This document shows, piece by piece, positions 44,909-54,223 of a stretch of DNA of 64,000 nt; within the stretch, counting starts at the first letter, position 1, and each line of letters starts with the position of its first letter. The notes under the pieces are model-generated. The model had not been told where the DNA came from, ran no database searches, and saw nothing but the letters and a program-made list of their open reading frames with translations. The DNA lies in NCBI GenBank assembly GCA_035285865.1, contig JAYKHS010000030.1, positions 64,001 through 128,000 on the forward strand, in the 5' to 3' direction. Both the position numbers and the translations under genes were made by a program. This DNA comes from Candidatus Sericytochromatia bacterium. Its GTDB lineage: Bacteria > Cyanobacteriota > Sericytochromatia > S15B-MN24 > VGJW01.

Positions 44909-45498
44909 TCGACTTCCTGCAGGGGCATATCGTCGCCCTGGACGAGGACAGCCTCGTGCTGGCCGTCTCGGGCGTGGGCTTCCGCGTGCAGTGCGGGGCA
45001 CGTCATCTGGCTTCCCTTCCGGGGCCCGGGCAGGAGATCAGGGTGCTCACCCATCTGGTCCACCGTGAGGACGAGATGGCGCTGCTGGGCTTCGGCTCAC
45101 TCGAGGATCGGGCGATGTTCCGGCTCTTGTCCGGTGTGGCGGGCGTAGGCAACAAGGTGGCGATGGGTCTGCTCGGCATGCTGACGTCGGCCGAAATCGC
45201 CCGGGCCGTCCTTGATGATGATCCGCGCACATTGGCCCGGGCCCCCAAGGTGGGGCCAAAGCTGGCCCAGCGCCTGGTCGTGGAGCTGAAGTCGAGGGTG
45301 TCGGGTCTGCCCGTGGTGCTGCCCGAGTCGCTGCCCGCTCCTGCCGAAGCGTGGCGCAAGGCCATCGAGGATGCCCTTGTCGGACTTGATGTCCAGGTTC
45401 AGGAGGCCCGGGCAGCCGTGGCCGCCATCGAGCGCGATCCGGGCTTCGATGAGGGGTTTCGCCAGGCGATGCGTCTGGTACAGGGCCTGCGGCCCTAG
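44905..45498 (+). CDS. ruvA: Holliday junction branch migration protein RuvA
   Basis: MIDFLQG, GVGFRV, HREDEMALLGF, GVGNKVA and VGPKLAQRLVVELK motifs. Confidence 0.94.
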   Translation: MIDFLQGHIVALDEDSLVLAVSGVGFRVQCGARHLASLPGPGQEIRVLTHLVHREDEMALLGFGSLEDRAMFRLLSGVAGVGNKVAMGLLGMLTSAEIARAVLDDDPRTLARAPKVGPKLAQRLVVELKSRVSGLPVVLPESLPAPAEAWRKAIEDALVGLDVQVQEARAAVAAIERDPGFDEGFRQAMRLVQGLRP

Positions 45499-46127
45499 CG
45501 CACCACGAACGGGTTCTGTTCCCGTTCCTCACCGATGGTCGTGCCCGGTCCGTGTCCGGAAATCACACGGGTTTCACCGGGAAGGTCATAGAGTTGCTCC
45601 CGGATGGAACGGGCAAGCGTCGGGGCCGAACCGCCCCAGAGGTCCGTTCTGCCTACGCTGCGCCGGAACAGGGTGTCGCCGGCACAGACCAGTTCGGCCT
45701 CGGGAACGTGCAGGCAGCAGGAGCCGGGAGTATGACCCGGCGTGTGCAGCACCGTCGCGCTGATCGAACCGGCCACGAGGAGCGCCAGATGATCAGGATG
45801 CGCATCAGGCGCCTCGGGGTCCTGGGCTCTGAACCCGAACATGCGGGCCTGTGTCTGCGTGGCTTCCCAGAGCGGCATGTCGGCCTCGTGGAGCAGCACG
45901 CGGGCCTGCGGATAGCGCTCCTTGAGGCGACGGGTCGCCATGTAATGATCGAGATGGGCATGGGTGTGAAAGAGGACGACCGGTTCGAGTCCGGCCTTGT
46001 CTAGGCGCGCCATGATGGCGTCGGCCTCATCTCCCGGGTCGATCACGATGGCCTTGCCCGAGGCCTGGTCACCCAGGATCGTGCAGTTGCACTGGAACGC
46101 GCCTACCGCAAAGGTCTCGAGGTGCAT
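45495..46127 (-). CDS. MBL-fold metallohydrolase (glyoxalase II-like)
   Basis: THAHLDH, TPGHTPG, GDTLF and GHG motifs. Confidence 0.92.
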   Translation of the reverse strand: MHLETFAVGAFQCNCTILGDQASGKAIVIDPGDEADAIMARLDKAGLEPVVLFHTHAHLDHYMATRRLKERYPQARVLLHEADMPLWEATQTQARMFGFRAQDPEAPDAHPDHLALLVAGSISATVLHTPGHTPGSCCLHVPEAELVCAGDTLFRRSVGRTDLWGGSAPTLARSIREQLYDLPGETRVISGHGPGTTIGEEREQNPFVVR

Positions 46128-46185
46128 GGGGCGCATGCTAGCATGACGCCATGGCCCTGCAGCATCCCCGATTGCCGGTTCCGGC

Positions 46186-47289
46186 GTGACGGTCGTGCGT
46201 GCGGTCGGGGGCGGAGGTGCGCCAGAGCCTCCGCCACGCCAGGCGGTGCCGATCGTGCCTGCCAATCAGGCGCGTCTGCTTTCTGCCGAGGCGCTCTCCG
46301 AGGATGCCCATCCGACCAGCACCCGACCGACGACGCTTGCGGATCTCGTCGGCCAACCCGAGGTCAAGGCCCAACTCGAGGTGGCGCTTGCGGCAGCGCG
46401 GCAGCGGGGCGAAGCGCTCGAGCACCTGCTTCTGCATGGTCCTCCGGGCCTCGGCAAGACGACCCTTGCCCAAATTGCGGCGCACGAGATGGGCTCCCGT
46501 TGCCACGTGACCTCGGCCCCCGGACTCGAGCGGCCGCGTGATCTGGCCGGCTTCCTGGCGCGTCTGGATCCCGGGGACGTGCTCTTCATCGATGAGATTC
46601 ATCGACTCACGCCCGTGGCCGAGGAGTTGCTCTACCCGGCCATGGAGGACTTCGTGCTCGATCTCGTGCTCGGCAAGGGGACGACGGCGCAGATTCGTCG
46701 GGTGCCGCTGCCGCGTTTCACGCTGGTCGGTGCCACGACCCGTGCCGGTGCCCTCTCCAGTCCGCTGCGCCACCGCTTCGGTCTGGTAGCTCGCCTGCGG
46801 TTCTATGCGCCCGAGGACATGGCCGCGATCCTGATGAGGGAGGCGGGCCTGCTTGGGCTGGATCTCAGGCCGGACGGCGCCGTGGCCATCGGGGGACGTT
46901 CCCGTGGCACGCCGCGCGTCGGTCTGCGCCTGTTGCGTCGAGTCCGCGACCACGTCCAGGTGCGGGATCCCGGGCCGATCGACGCAGAGCGGGCTGCAGG
47001 TGCCTTGGCCCATCTCGAGATCGATTCACGGGGGCTGGATGATCTCGATCGGGAGGTCCTCCGAGTCCTGCTGGTGGCGCATCGAGGCGGGCCCGTCGGC
47101 ATGGAGGCTCTGGCCGCCGCGGTCGGTCTAGAAGCCGCGACACTCGAGGATGTCGTCGAACCCTATCTGATCCAGGCGGGCTTTCTCCAGCGCACGCCAC
47201 GCGGGCGTCAAGCGACGCCCCTGGCGTGGCAGCACATGGGCCTGGGGCCGGATTCCGGTGGGCAGGAAACGCTGGCTTTCCCGTCCTGA
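46186..47289 (+). CDS. ruvB: Holliday junction branch migration helicase RuvB
   Basis: GPPGLGKTT, FIDEIHRL, LVGATTR, SRGTPR and RTPRGR motifs. Start approximate. Confidence 0.96.
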   Translation: MTVVRAVGGGGAPEPPPRQAVPIVPANQARLLSAEALSEDAHPTSTRPTTLADLVGQPEVKAQLEVALAAARQRGEALEHLLLHGPPGLGKTTLAQIAAHEMGSRCHVTSAPGLERPRDLAGFLARLDPGDVLFIDEIHRLTPVAEELLYPAMEDFVLDLVLGKGTTAQIRRVPLPRFTLVGATTRAGALSSPLRHRFGLVARLRFYAPEDMAAILMREAGLLGLDLRPDGAVAIGGRSRGTPRVGLRLLRRVRDHVQVRDPGPIDAERAAGALAHLEIDSRGLDDLDREVLRVLLVAHRGGPVGMEALAAAVGLEAATLEDVVEPYLIQAGFLQRTPRGRQATPLAWQHMGLGPDSGGQETLAFPS

Positions 47290-47393
47290 GTCCGGTTCGG
47301 GCTATAATGGGGACAGCTGTGCGCGCCGGCGCCCCCGGGCGAAGATGCCCATGGTGCGCGGACGTTTCCGGTCAGTGATGAGGACAGGTTTCC

Positions 47394-48344
47394 ATGGGTA
47401 GAGCGATGGCGTACTTCAAGGGCGGGATCGTGCCCGTGGAAGATGCCCGTATCTCGATCATGGCCCATGGCTTCAACTACGGCACGGGTTGCTTCGAGGG
47501 CATTCGGGCCTACTGGAACGAAGAGCAGGGCGAGATGTACCTGCTGCACGCCCACGAGCACTTCCGGCGCATGGCACGCAACGCGAAGATTCTCTTCATG
47601 GAATTGCCCGACACGGTCGAGACCATGGTCACGCGTTCCGTCGAGTTGGCACGGGCCACCGGCTTCCGGCAGGACATCTACCTGCGGCCCACCCTCTACA
47701 AGGGCGACGAAATCATCGGCGTTCGCCTGCATGGCCTGAACGACGAGTTCCACATCTACGCGGCACCGATGGGCAACTACGTGGATACGGCCCGAGGCCT
47801 TCATCTGGGCACCTCATCCTGGCGGCGCATCGACGATACCGCCGTTCCGGCGAGGGCCAAGATCATCGGCGCCTACATCAACAGCGCCCTCTGCAAGACC
47901 GAGGCCGTCATGAACGGTTTCGACGAAGGGCTCTTCCTGAATCCCGACGGCCACGTCTGCGAGGGCTCCGCCGAGAACTTCTTCATGGTCCGCGACGGAG
48001 TCCTGATCACGCCGGGCGTTGCGGACAACATCCTCGAGGGCATCACGCGCAGCAGCATCATGGAGATTGCGGATCGCGAGTTCGGCATCAAGACCGTGTC
48101 CCGGGCAATCGATCGCACCGAGGTCTACGTGGCCGACGAGATCTTCATCTGCGGGACCGGGGCCCAATTGGCCTGGGTCAGCCACGTCGACCATCGTGCC
48201 ATCGGTGGTGGGCAGATGGGGCCCCTGACGGCGCGTATCCGGGACATATACTACCAAGCCGTTCGTGGCACCCTGCCCCGCTACCACCATTGGTTGACGC
48301 CGGTTCTGGGTGCCCCCGCTCCTGCCGTCGGAACCAGCCGATAG
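47394..48344 (+). CDS. ilvE: Branched-chain amino acid aminotransferase
   Basis: YGTGCFEGIRAY, AKIIGAYINS, EGSAEN, LEGITR and CGTGA motifs. Confidence 0.95.
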   Translation: MGRAMAYFKGGIVPVEDARISIMAHGFNYGTGCFEGIRAYWNEEQGEMYLLHAHEHFRRMARNAKILFMELPDTVETMVTRSVELARATGFRQDIYLRPTLYKGDEIIGVRLHGLNDEFHIYAAPMGNYVDTARGLHLGTSSWRRIDDTAVPARAKIIGAYINSALCKTEAVMNGFDEGLFLNPDGHVCEGSAENFFMVRDGVLITPGVADNILEGITRSSIMEIADREFGIKTVSRAIDRTEVYVADEIFICGTGAQLAWVSHVDHRAIGGGQMGPLTARIRDIYYQAVRGTLPRYHHWLTPVLGAPAPAVGTSR

Positions 48345-48455
48345 ACCCGTCTCCGGGGTTTGTTGCCCGGCTTAAACGAACCTTTGGAGAAGCTTCAACG
48401 TCGCGCAATCCTGCATAGGCAAGACGCCGCCGGGAATCCCCGATAGACAGAACAG

Positions 48456-48474
48456 GATTAACTCGTCTTTAATC
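48456..48474. promoter_or_regulatory. Perfect TTAA-N7-TTAA box within an inverted repeat
   Basis: GATTAA-ctcgtct-TTAATC just upstream of the RBS of the NHL lipoprotein gene. Confidence 0.55.
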
Positions 48475-48497
48475 GACGGGTCGAGGGGGGTCTCGAA

Positions 48498-49838
48498 ATG
48501 GTCGGTCAGTCGGTCCTTCGCAAGGTTGCACTCCTTGCACTGGGTTCCGTCCTGCTCGCAGGGTGCGGGGGGCGCACCGCGACGGTGGCGCTGCCCGACG
48601 ATCGCTTCTCGGGCGGCTCCTCGATGCCGATCCAGAACGTGGCGACCGGCACGGTATCCGGGCGCGTCGTCGATGCCCGCACGGGTCTCGGCATCTCGGA
48701 CGTCCGGGTCGAGACGCAGGGTCTCCAGACCGGCCAGCCCATCCGCACCGATGGCAGCGGCCGCTTTACCATTGCCGGCGTGCCTGCCCAGCGCGTTCGT
48801 CTCGTCGTCGACAAGCCCGGCTACACCTTCCTGCAGGGTGTCGGCGACATCTTGGTGGATGTCCTGCCCGGCGGCACCGTCACGGCTCCCGACATCCGCC
48901 TGACGGCCCAGATCGATGCCCTGCCCAATGCATTCATCGTGGCCATGGGTAACCTCAACCGCCCTCGCTCGCTGGCCATCGATCCGGCCTATGCCGAGGA
49001 CAGCCGCGGCGCGCAGAACCTGTACGTCCTGTCGCTCGACAACTACCTGCTGTTCGGCAACATCTCGACCCCGGTTCAAGTGTGGGCCATCAAGAAGCTC
49101 AACCTGGGCGGCGGCATCGAGAACACCTTCGGTCGCGCCCTGTGGACCAACGAACTGATGAATCCCACGGGCCTCGCCGTGGATCGTGGGGGCAACCTGT
49201 TCGCTGCCGATGCCGGTCGCGACGTTGTCCGCAGCTTCACTTCCGTGGGTGCCTCTAACCCCAAGGGTGCCTTCGAGAATCTGTCGAAGCCGACCGATGT
49301 CGAGGTCCTGCGGAACGGCATGGTGGCCGTTGCCGTCGGTGGCGAGGGCAAGATCCAGCTGCTTGATGCCACCCGTCAGCCCGCCCGGGATGCCGCTGGT
49401 CGCACCCTGGCGCCCATCAGTGCCGGCGGTGGCGTCAAGGGTCTGACTTCGGACGCGAACAACGACCTCTACTTCATCGACGACACCGCCGCGGCCGGCG
49501 GCGTCATCCGCAAGGTCAACCTCCAGGGTCAGGTGCTGATGCAGTTCGGCTTCCGCGGTGGTCGCGGCGCCGGTTACTTTGAGCACCCCACCGACCTTGC
49601 CGTCGATCCCCGGAACGGTGACCTCTACGTGGTCGATACCGGCAACAACCGCATCCAGCGCTTCAATCGCGACGGAGCTTTCCTGTCCGAGTTCGGCGGG
49701 ATGGGGTCAGGCTCGGGCCAGTTCAACCAGCCTTCCGGCATCGCTGTGGATCGCGACGGTTTCGTCTACGTCGCCGACACCAACAACAACCGCATCCAGA
49801 AGTTCGCGCCGTCCAAGTCCCAGTTCGCCGGTTTCTGA
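48498..49838 (+). CDS. Lipoprotein with a carboxypeptidase-regulatory-like domain and an NHL-repeat beta-propeller
   Basis: Lipobox LAGC; GTVSGRVVDARTG; repeated PxxxAVD..YVxDTxNNRIQxF. Confidence 0.9.
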   Translation: MVGQSVLRKVALLALGSVLLAGCGGRTATVALPDDRFSGGSSMPIQNVATGTVSGRVVDARTGLGISDVRVETQGLQTGQPIRTDGSGRFTIAGVPAQRVRLVVDKPGYTFLQGVGDILVDVLPGGTVTAPDIRLTAQIDALPNAFIVAMGNLNRPRSLAIDPAYAEDSRGAQNLYVLSLDNYLLFGNISTPVQVWAIKKLNLGGGIENTFGRALWTNELMNPTGLAVDRGGNLFAADAGRDVVRSFTSVGASNPKGAFENLSKPTDVEVLRNGMVAVAVGGEGKIQLLDATRQPARDAAGRTLAPISAGGGVKGLTSDANNDLYFIDDTAAAGGVIRKVNLQGQVLMQFGFRGGRGAGYFEHPTDLAVDPRNGDLYVVDTGNNRIQRFNRDGAFLSEFGGMGSGSGQFNQPSGIAVDRDGFVYVADTNNNRIQKFAPSKSQFAGF

Positions 49839-49850
49839 GATCCGTCAGGC

Positions 49851-49890
49851 AAGGGCGAGGTTCCGCAAGGGGCCTCGCCCTTCCGCATTT
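49851..49890 (+). terminator. Hairpin terminator
   Basis: AAGGGCGAGGTTCC-GCAA-GGGGCCTCGCCCTT. Confidence 0.65.
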
Positions 49891-49979
49891 CGGTATCCGT
49901 GCCTTCCCGCAATGCTCCTGCACTCCGGTCCCGGATGGGGCATCATGGGGTGCGGTGATCGCTGGGGAGGTCGTGTACG

Positions 49980-50498
49980 GTGGGTGATGCGTGGACTTGG
50001 CTGGGATGGGGGCTGTCCGGCTTCCTCGCGCTGGCGGTGGTCGTGCTGGTGGTGCCGGCCACCCGGTTGCGCATCAGCACCTGGATTGGCCCCAGGATTG
50101 CCGCCAGTTACCAGAAGCAGATCGGCAAGCAGTTCCGGTCGGCTTATCCGGAGCTGTACGCCCGCTTCTCGTGGCTCCAGCCTTCCGCGGCCAGCCAGGA
50201 CCTGCTGCAGGGAGCTTTTCGCCAGATGCCCCCCACTGAGGCCCAGCGCCTGATTGGCGAGTTCCAGAGGCTGGCCGGCAACCTCGAGCAGCGGCACGCC
50301 GATTTGGCCCCCTTCGTCGAGGCCATCCGGACTCAGGATGCCCAGAAACAGGCCTCGGCCCTGCAGGCCCTGATGAAACTCAAGGCCGACCGTCGCCAGG
50401 CCCTCGAGAAGGATGTCCTGTGGGCCTACGACCAATTGCACGGCCGCTTCCCGAAGTGGGTCAAGCTGGTCGAGAGTCGTTTGCGGACCGGCGCCTGA
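49980..50498 (+). CDS. Hypothetical membrane-anchored protein
   Basis: N-terminal TM, helical remainder; GGGGAGG upstream; GC3-biased codons. Confidence 0.7.
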   Translation: MGDAWTWLGWGLSGFLALAVVVLVVPATRLRISTWIGPRIAASYQKQIGKQFRSAYPELYARFSWLQPSAASQDLLQGAFRQMPPTEAQRLIGEFQRLAGNLEQRHADLAPFVEAIRTQDAQKQASALQALMKLKADRRQALEKDVLWAYDQLHGRFPKWVKLVESRLRTGA

Positions 50499-50520
50499 GG
50501 CTTCTCGGCCCGGGAGCGCA

Positions 50521-50676
50521 TCAGGCCCCGGACATGTAGTCCTCGTGCCGGAAGCCGCAGGACGTGCAATGCAGCTTCCAGTAGTGCTCGTCGAAGTCCG
50601 AGACCAGCGTTTCCTTGCTGCAGTTGGGACAGGTCTTGCTCCCCGTGCGCATGACGTGCATGACCAACTGTTCCAT
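50521..50676 (-). CDS. Small zinc-ribbon protein (51 aa)
   Basis: CPNC-x17-CTSC; GC3-biased codons; purine-rich upstream sequence. Confidence 0.6.
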   Translation of the reverse strand: MEQLVMHVMRTGSKTCPNCSKETLVSDFDEHYWKLHCTSCGFRHEDYMSGA

Positions 50677-50827
50677 GGCCTTGTCCTGATTCGGTTCCAA
50701 GGTCTCGCGCCTCCAAGATGGCGACCGTCGATTCGCCGCCCTGTCGACCAGAATGCTACAATTTGGCTTCGTGAGCCGTGACGGATCGCCCAAGGTCTCT
50801 CCCGGCAGCAACCCCGGAGGTGTCCCC

Positions 50828-51430
50828 ATGGATGCGACCCAGCGCGAAGCGCTTGCGGCGGCCCTGCGCAAGGCGGCCGATCAGTTGGCTGGTGCGTCCG
50901 CGCCTGCCCTGGTCCGCAAGGATGTCCTCGCAGCGTGCCGCAAGGTGCAGGAGGCTTTCCTTGCCTTGGGCTTCGACGAGCTGGCCTCTCGCAAGCGGCT
51001 GGTCTACTTCCTGCGCTCGATGGAGCTGGCCAACGGGGTGGTCGGGGCGCGCACGGCCCAGCGCCTGCTGGTCCGTACCTTCGAGGAAGAGGCCGAACTG
51101 GCCGAGAAGTGGTTGGTCGAACAGGGCCTGCTTGCCGATCATGGCGATGACGGTATCCTGTTGGCCGAAGCCGGTGCGCAGTATCTGACCCAACATCGCG
51201 CCGAGTTCCCCGTTCTGGGCGGTGGCGAGCGTCGTGGCCAGCGCGGAGGTCGCGACCATCAGCATGCCCGGGGTAGCCGTGGCCACGGTGCTCCCGCACG
51301 TCCGGCGCCCGTTGTTGCCGAACCTGCTCCGGTCGTGGTGACCGTCCCCCCGGTTGAAGCCCCTGCTGCACCGGCGACCGAACCCGTCGCTGAGGTTCCC
51401 GCCGAAAAGGCGCCCGCCGCCGAGGCCTGA
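50828..51430 (+). CDS. Hypothetical protein
   Basis: GGAGG RBS; helical N-terminal domain; Arg/Gly-rich and Pro/Ala-rich tail. Confidence 0.72.
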   Translation: MDATQREALAAALRKAADQLAGASAPALVRKDVLAACRKVQEAFLALGFDELASRKRLVYFLRSMELANGVVGARTAQRLLVRTFEEEAELAEKWLVEQGLLADHGDDGILLAEAGAQYLTQHRAEFPVLGGGERRGQRGGRDHQHARGSRGHGAPARPAPVVAEPAPVVVTVPPVEAPAAPATEPVAEVPAEKAPAAEA

Positions 51431-51507
51431 GCCTCTCGTCAACCTCTGCCGGCCCTCCTCGTAGCCAACATTTGGTGCTCGGCTTGGTCGTGCGGCTGGG
51501 TTGAAGG

Positions 51508-51591
51508 TGGGCGAGGCGGGATTCGAACCCGCAAGGGACTGCGTCCCGGCCGATTTTAAGTCGGCTGCGTCTGCCGTTTCGCCACTCGCCC
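51508..51591 (-). tRNA. tRNA-Leu (TAA), intronless
   Basis: Acceptor stem GGGCGAG/CTCGCCC, GCCGA-CT-TAA-AA-TCGGC, long variable arm, GGTTCGAATCC. Confidence 0.96.
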
Positions 51592-51599
51592 CGAGAACG

Positions 51600-52235
51600 T
51601 CAGGCCTTGCCGGCCTTGGCTGGAGTCCTGCCGCTCACACCCGCCAGGGCATGCCGGACGGCTTCGGCCGCAACCTCGATGTCGGCTTCGGTGCCGGAGA
51701 GGTAGAGGCGCCCGAATGCACCGAAGGCCCTGACCTCAAGCAGGTGGATGCGCGCCGCCTTCTCGGCCTCGTTGGCCGCAAGCAGTGCATAGCCTGCCGG
51801 ATGTGTCTCCATGACGAAGTAGGTCTGACCCTCGAGGATCAGGTCCCCGTGCCGCATCCTGTTCACCAGCATTGCATGGTGGGGCGCGATGCCCGTCAGG
51901 GTCTGGGCCGAGACGACGGAGGGGGCAAGTCGGTCGCTCTCCTGCATCCCGAGGTGGTCGAGGATGGCTCTGCCCGCTTCGCGGACCATGCCCTGATCGA
52001 AGCTGTGCAGTTCGAGGCAGCCGTACTCCCTCTCGACGATCTGCATGCCCGGTTCAACACGCGCAGCCTTGAGCGCCGCGTCAGCCAGGATGTTGATCTC
52101 GATGCCCGGTGAGATCTCGACGAACAAGGAAGCCTGTCCCTCTTGAGGCAGGTAGCCTTGCGACACGGTCGCCAGGAAGCCCGCCAACTGGGGCTGAAGC
52201 ACATCCAGATAGACCAGGGTCCGCAGGTCGGCCAT
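51600..52235 (-). CDS. Bacterial microcompartment tandem-domain shell protein (BMC-T, CcmP-like)
   Basis: LRTLVYLDVLQPQ, EISPGIEIN, VEREYGCLELHS, PAGYALLAANEAEKAA and FGAFGRLYLSG motifs. Confidence 0.92.
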   Translation of the reverse strand: MADLRTLVYLDVLQPQLAGFLATVSQGYLPQEGQASLFVEISPGIEINILADAALKAARVEPGMQIVEREYGCLELHSFDQGMVREAGRAILDHLGMQESDRLAPSVVSAQTLTGIAPHHAMLVNRMRHGDLILEGQTYFVMETHPAGYALLAANEAEKAARIHLLEVRAFGAFGRLYLSGTEADIEVAAEAVRHALAGVSGRTPAKAGKA

Positions 52236-52330
52236 CGGGAGCTCCTTTGTGCGGTGGACTTGGATGGGATCCTATGCCTCTGGCCGCATGGGGTCAAGAA
52301 TTGCGCCGGTCGACCTGCTAGGATCGCGAC

Positions 52331-54214
52331 ATGGTGCGTGATGAGGTGCTGGCGTGCAGCGGCTGCGGAAACTTGCCGCCCGCTCGGGCCCGCTGCTGTC
52401 CGGACTGCGGGGCGGTCCGACTCGTCTTGCCGAGCGTGGGCAGTGTCCTGCAGGGGCGCTGGCAGGTCACGGCCCGGCTTCATGACGATGTCTGGGGCAG
52501 TGCCGTCCATGAAGCCGAGGATGTTCGCGTGCACGGGCGGCGTGTCCTGATCCGGCAATGGGCCCGTCCGTTCGAGGGTGTGTCGGCGGATCGACGGTGG
52601 CGCCTGCTCGAGGCCCGCGCCGGAACGGATGTCCCGTCGCTGCCGGCCTGGTACGACCTTTACGCCGAGGCCGAGTCCTGGTGGGCCGTGGAAGCGCGGG
52701 TACCCTGGCATGCACTCGAGGTCGGCTGGGCGATGCCCGCCGGTGCGCTGCTGCGTGTGGCTTCAGGTCTCATCGAGGCGCTCGAGGCACTTCACGCCGC
52801 TGGTCTGGATGCCGATGCACCCGTCATCGAGGACCTTCGTCTCGATCCGGATGGTGAGGCCATTCTGCTCGCGAGGGGCGGTTGGCAGCGCTGGTCGTGG
52901 CATCCACTGGGCAAGGGGCCCGAGGAAGAGGATGCCGGGCAGCGGGCCCGTGCGGATCTCGCTGCCGTGGCCGCCATCCTGCGCGGGGCTCTGGATGGTC
53001 CTTGTGACGACGCCTTGGAGAGCCTGCTGCTGGAGATGGAGCGCGCGCCGCTGCCCGGTGGGGCGGCTGGGGCGGGTTTCCTGCAGGGCCGGGCGGTCCT
53101 GCTGTCCGTACCTCGGCCTGCGGCCGAAGAATCGGCCCCTGTTCCCGTCCAGCCATCCGGAGGCGAGCCTTCTGCCGCGTGGCGCCTTGCTCGTGGCCTC
53201 GAGACCCTCTGGCGGCAGCCACTCTCCGTTCCCGTCGATGCCGTTGTCCCGCTTGGCGACACGCACTTGGGGACGTGGGATCGTGAAGGCGTCCTGACGT
53301 TGCGGCGCTGGGGCGATGGGGCCGAAGTCTGGAGTCGTCCGGCTCCGGCACCGGGCCTTGCGCCTGCAGGCGGGGTGTTCTTCGGGGGCAGGTGGTGCAT
53401 GGCGGCTCAGGACACGTTGGTCGCCGTCGGTCTCCAGACGGCTGAACCCGAGTGGATGATCGACGTGCGGGGCCTGCGGGCGCGGGACCAATTGGCGGTT
53501 GCCGGTGGCCTGCTGGTCGTCGCGGATCCCGTTGAACGCATGCATCTCGCCTGGGATGTCACGGGAAGACCTGTCTGGCAGGCCTCCTTCGGCAAGGCTC
53601 GAGCCCATCTGGACGTGGAAGCGCTTGATCGGCTCGACGGTCGGGTGCGCTGGGCGGTGGCCGACAACCTTCTGGCGTGGGCCTTCAAGGGCAGGATGGG
53701 GGTCCGGGACGTCCTGACCGGCACGGCCCTGTGGGAGGAGGATCTGCCCTCGGGTCCCGAAGGAGCCTCCCGGCAAGCGCTTGTTTGCATCGGCGAAGGG
53801 GTCATGGCCATCGTCGATCGCGGGGGCAAGGCCTGGTTGCACGATGCAAGGACGGGGACCGCCCTGTGGCACCAGCATGCGCAGCCGGGCGGAATTGATC
53901 TCGAGGCTCCGTGCGTCCTCGACGGCCAGCTCGTGCTGTCTGCTTCTCCGTGGAAGTGGGCCGCTCTGGATCTAAGGACGGGCGAACGACAGTGGGCCCT
54001 GCACGTCGGGGGCACGAGCCTCACGCTGCGACCGGCCCCGCCGTCCTTGTTGGCCCAGGGGGCATCGGGGCCCCTGCTGCGCGTGGAGCCCCGCAGCGGA
54101 CGGATCCTCGAACAGGCCGACCCCGGCTGCGCCATGACGGGCGGTCCCTGGATCATGCCGGACGGAGGCATCCTTTCCGTTCTCGAGGACTCCCTCCTCG
54201 CGGCCTTCCGTTAG
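52331..54214 (+). CDS. Zinc-ribbon plus degenerate kinase-like domain plus PQQ-like (BamB-type) beta-propeller
   Basis: CSGC..CPDC; LQGRWQV kinase-like start without catalytic motifs; repeated G-x3-W blades. Confidence 0.75.
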   Translation: MVRDEVLACSGCGNLPPARARCCPDCGAVRLVLPSVGSVLQGRWQVTARLHDDVWGSAVHEAEDVRVHGRRVLIRQWARPFEGVSADRRWRLLEARAGTDVPSLPAWYDLYAEAESWWAVEARVPWHALEVGWAMPAGALLRVASGLIEALEALHAAGLDADAPVIEDLRLDPDGEAILLARGGWQRWSWHPLGKGPEEEDAGQRARADLAAVAAILRGALDGPCDDALESLLLEMERAPLPGGAAGAGFLQGRAVLLSVPRPAAEESAPVPVQPSGGEPSAAWRLARGLETLWRQPLSVPVDAVVPLGDTHLGTWDREGVLTLRRWGDGAEVWSRPAPAPGLAPAGGVFFGGRWCMAAQDTLVAVGLQTAEPEWMIDVRGLRARDQLAVAGGLLVVADPVERMHLAWDVTGRPVWQASFGKARAHLDVEALDRLDGRVRWAVADNLLAWAFKGRMGVRDVLTGTALWEEDLPSGPEGASRQALVCIGEGVMAIVDRGGKAWLHDARTGTALWHQHAQPGGIDLEAPCVLDGQLVLSASPWKWAALDLRTGERQWALHVGGTSLTLRPAPPSLLAQGASGPLLRVEPRSGRILEQADPGCAMTGGPWIMPDGGILSVLEDSLLAAFR

Positions 54215-54223
54215 GATGGAGGG

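Noticed and set aside
9797..51591. tRNA genes as possible integration sites
   Set aside because: I saw no integrase, no duplicated tRNA 3' end and no compositional shift next to any of the three.
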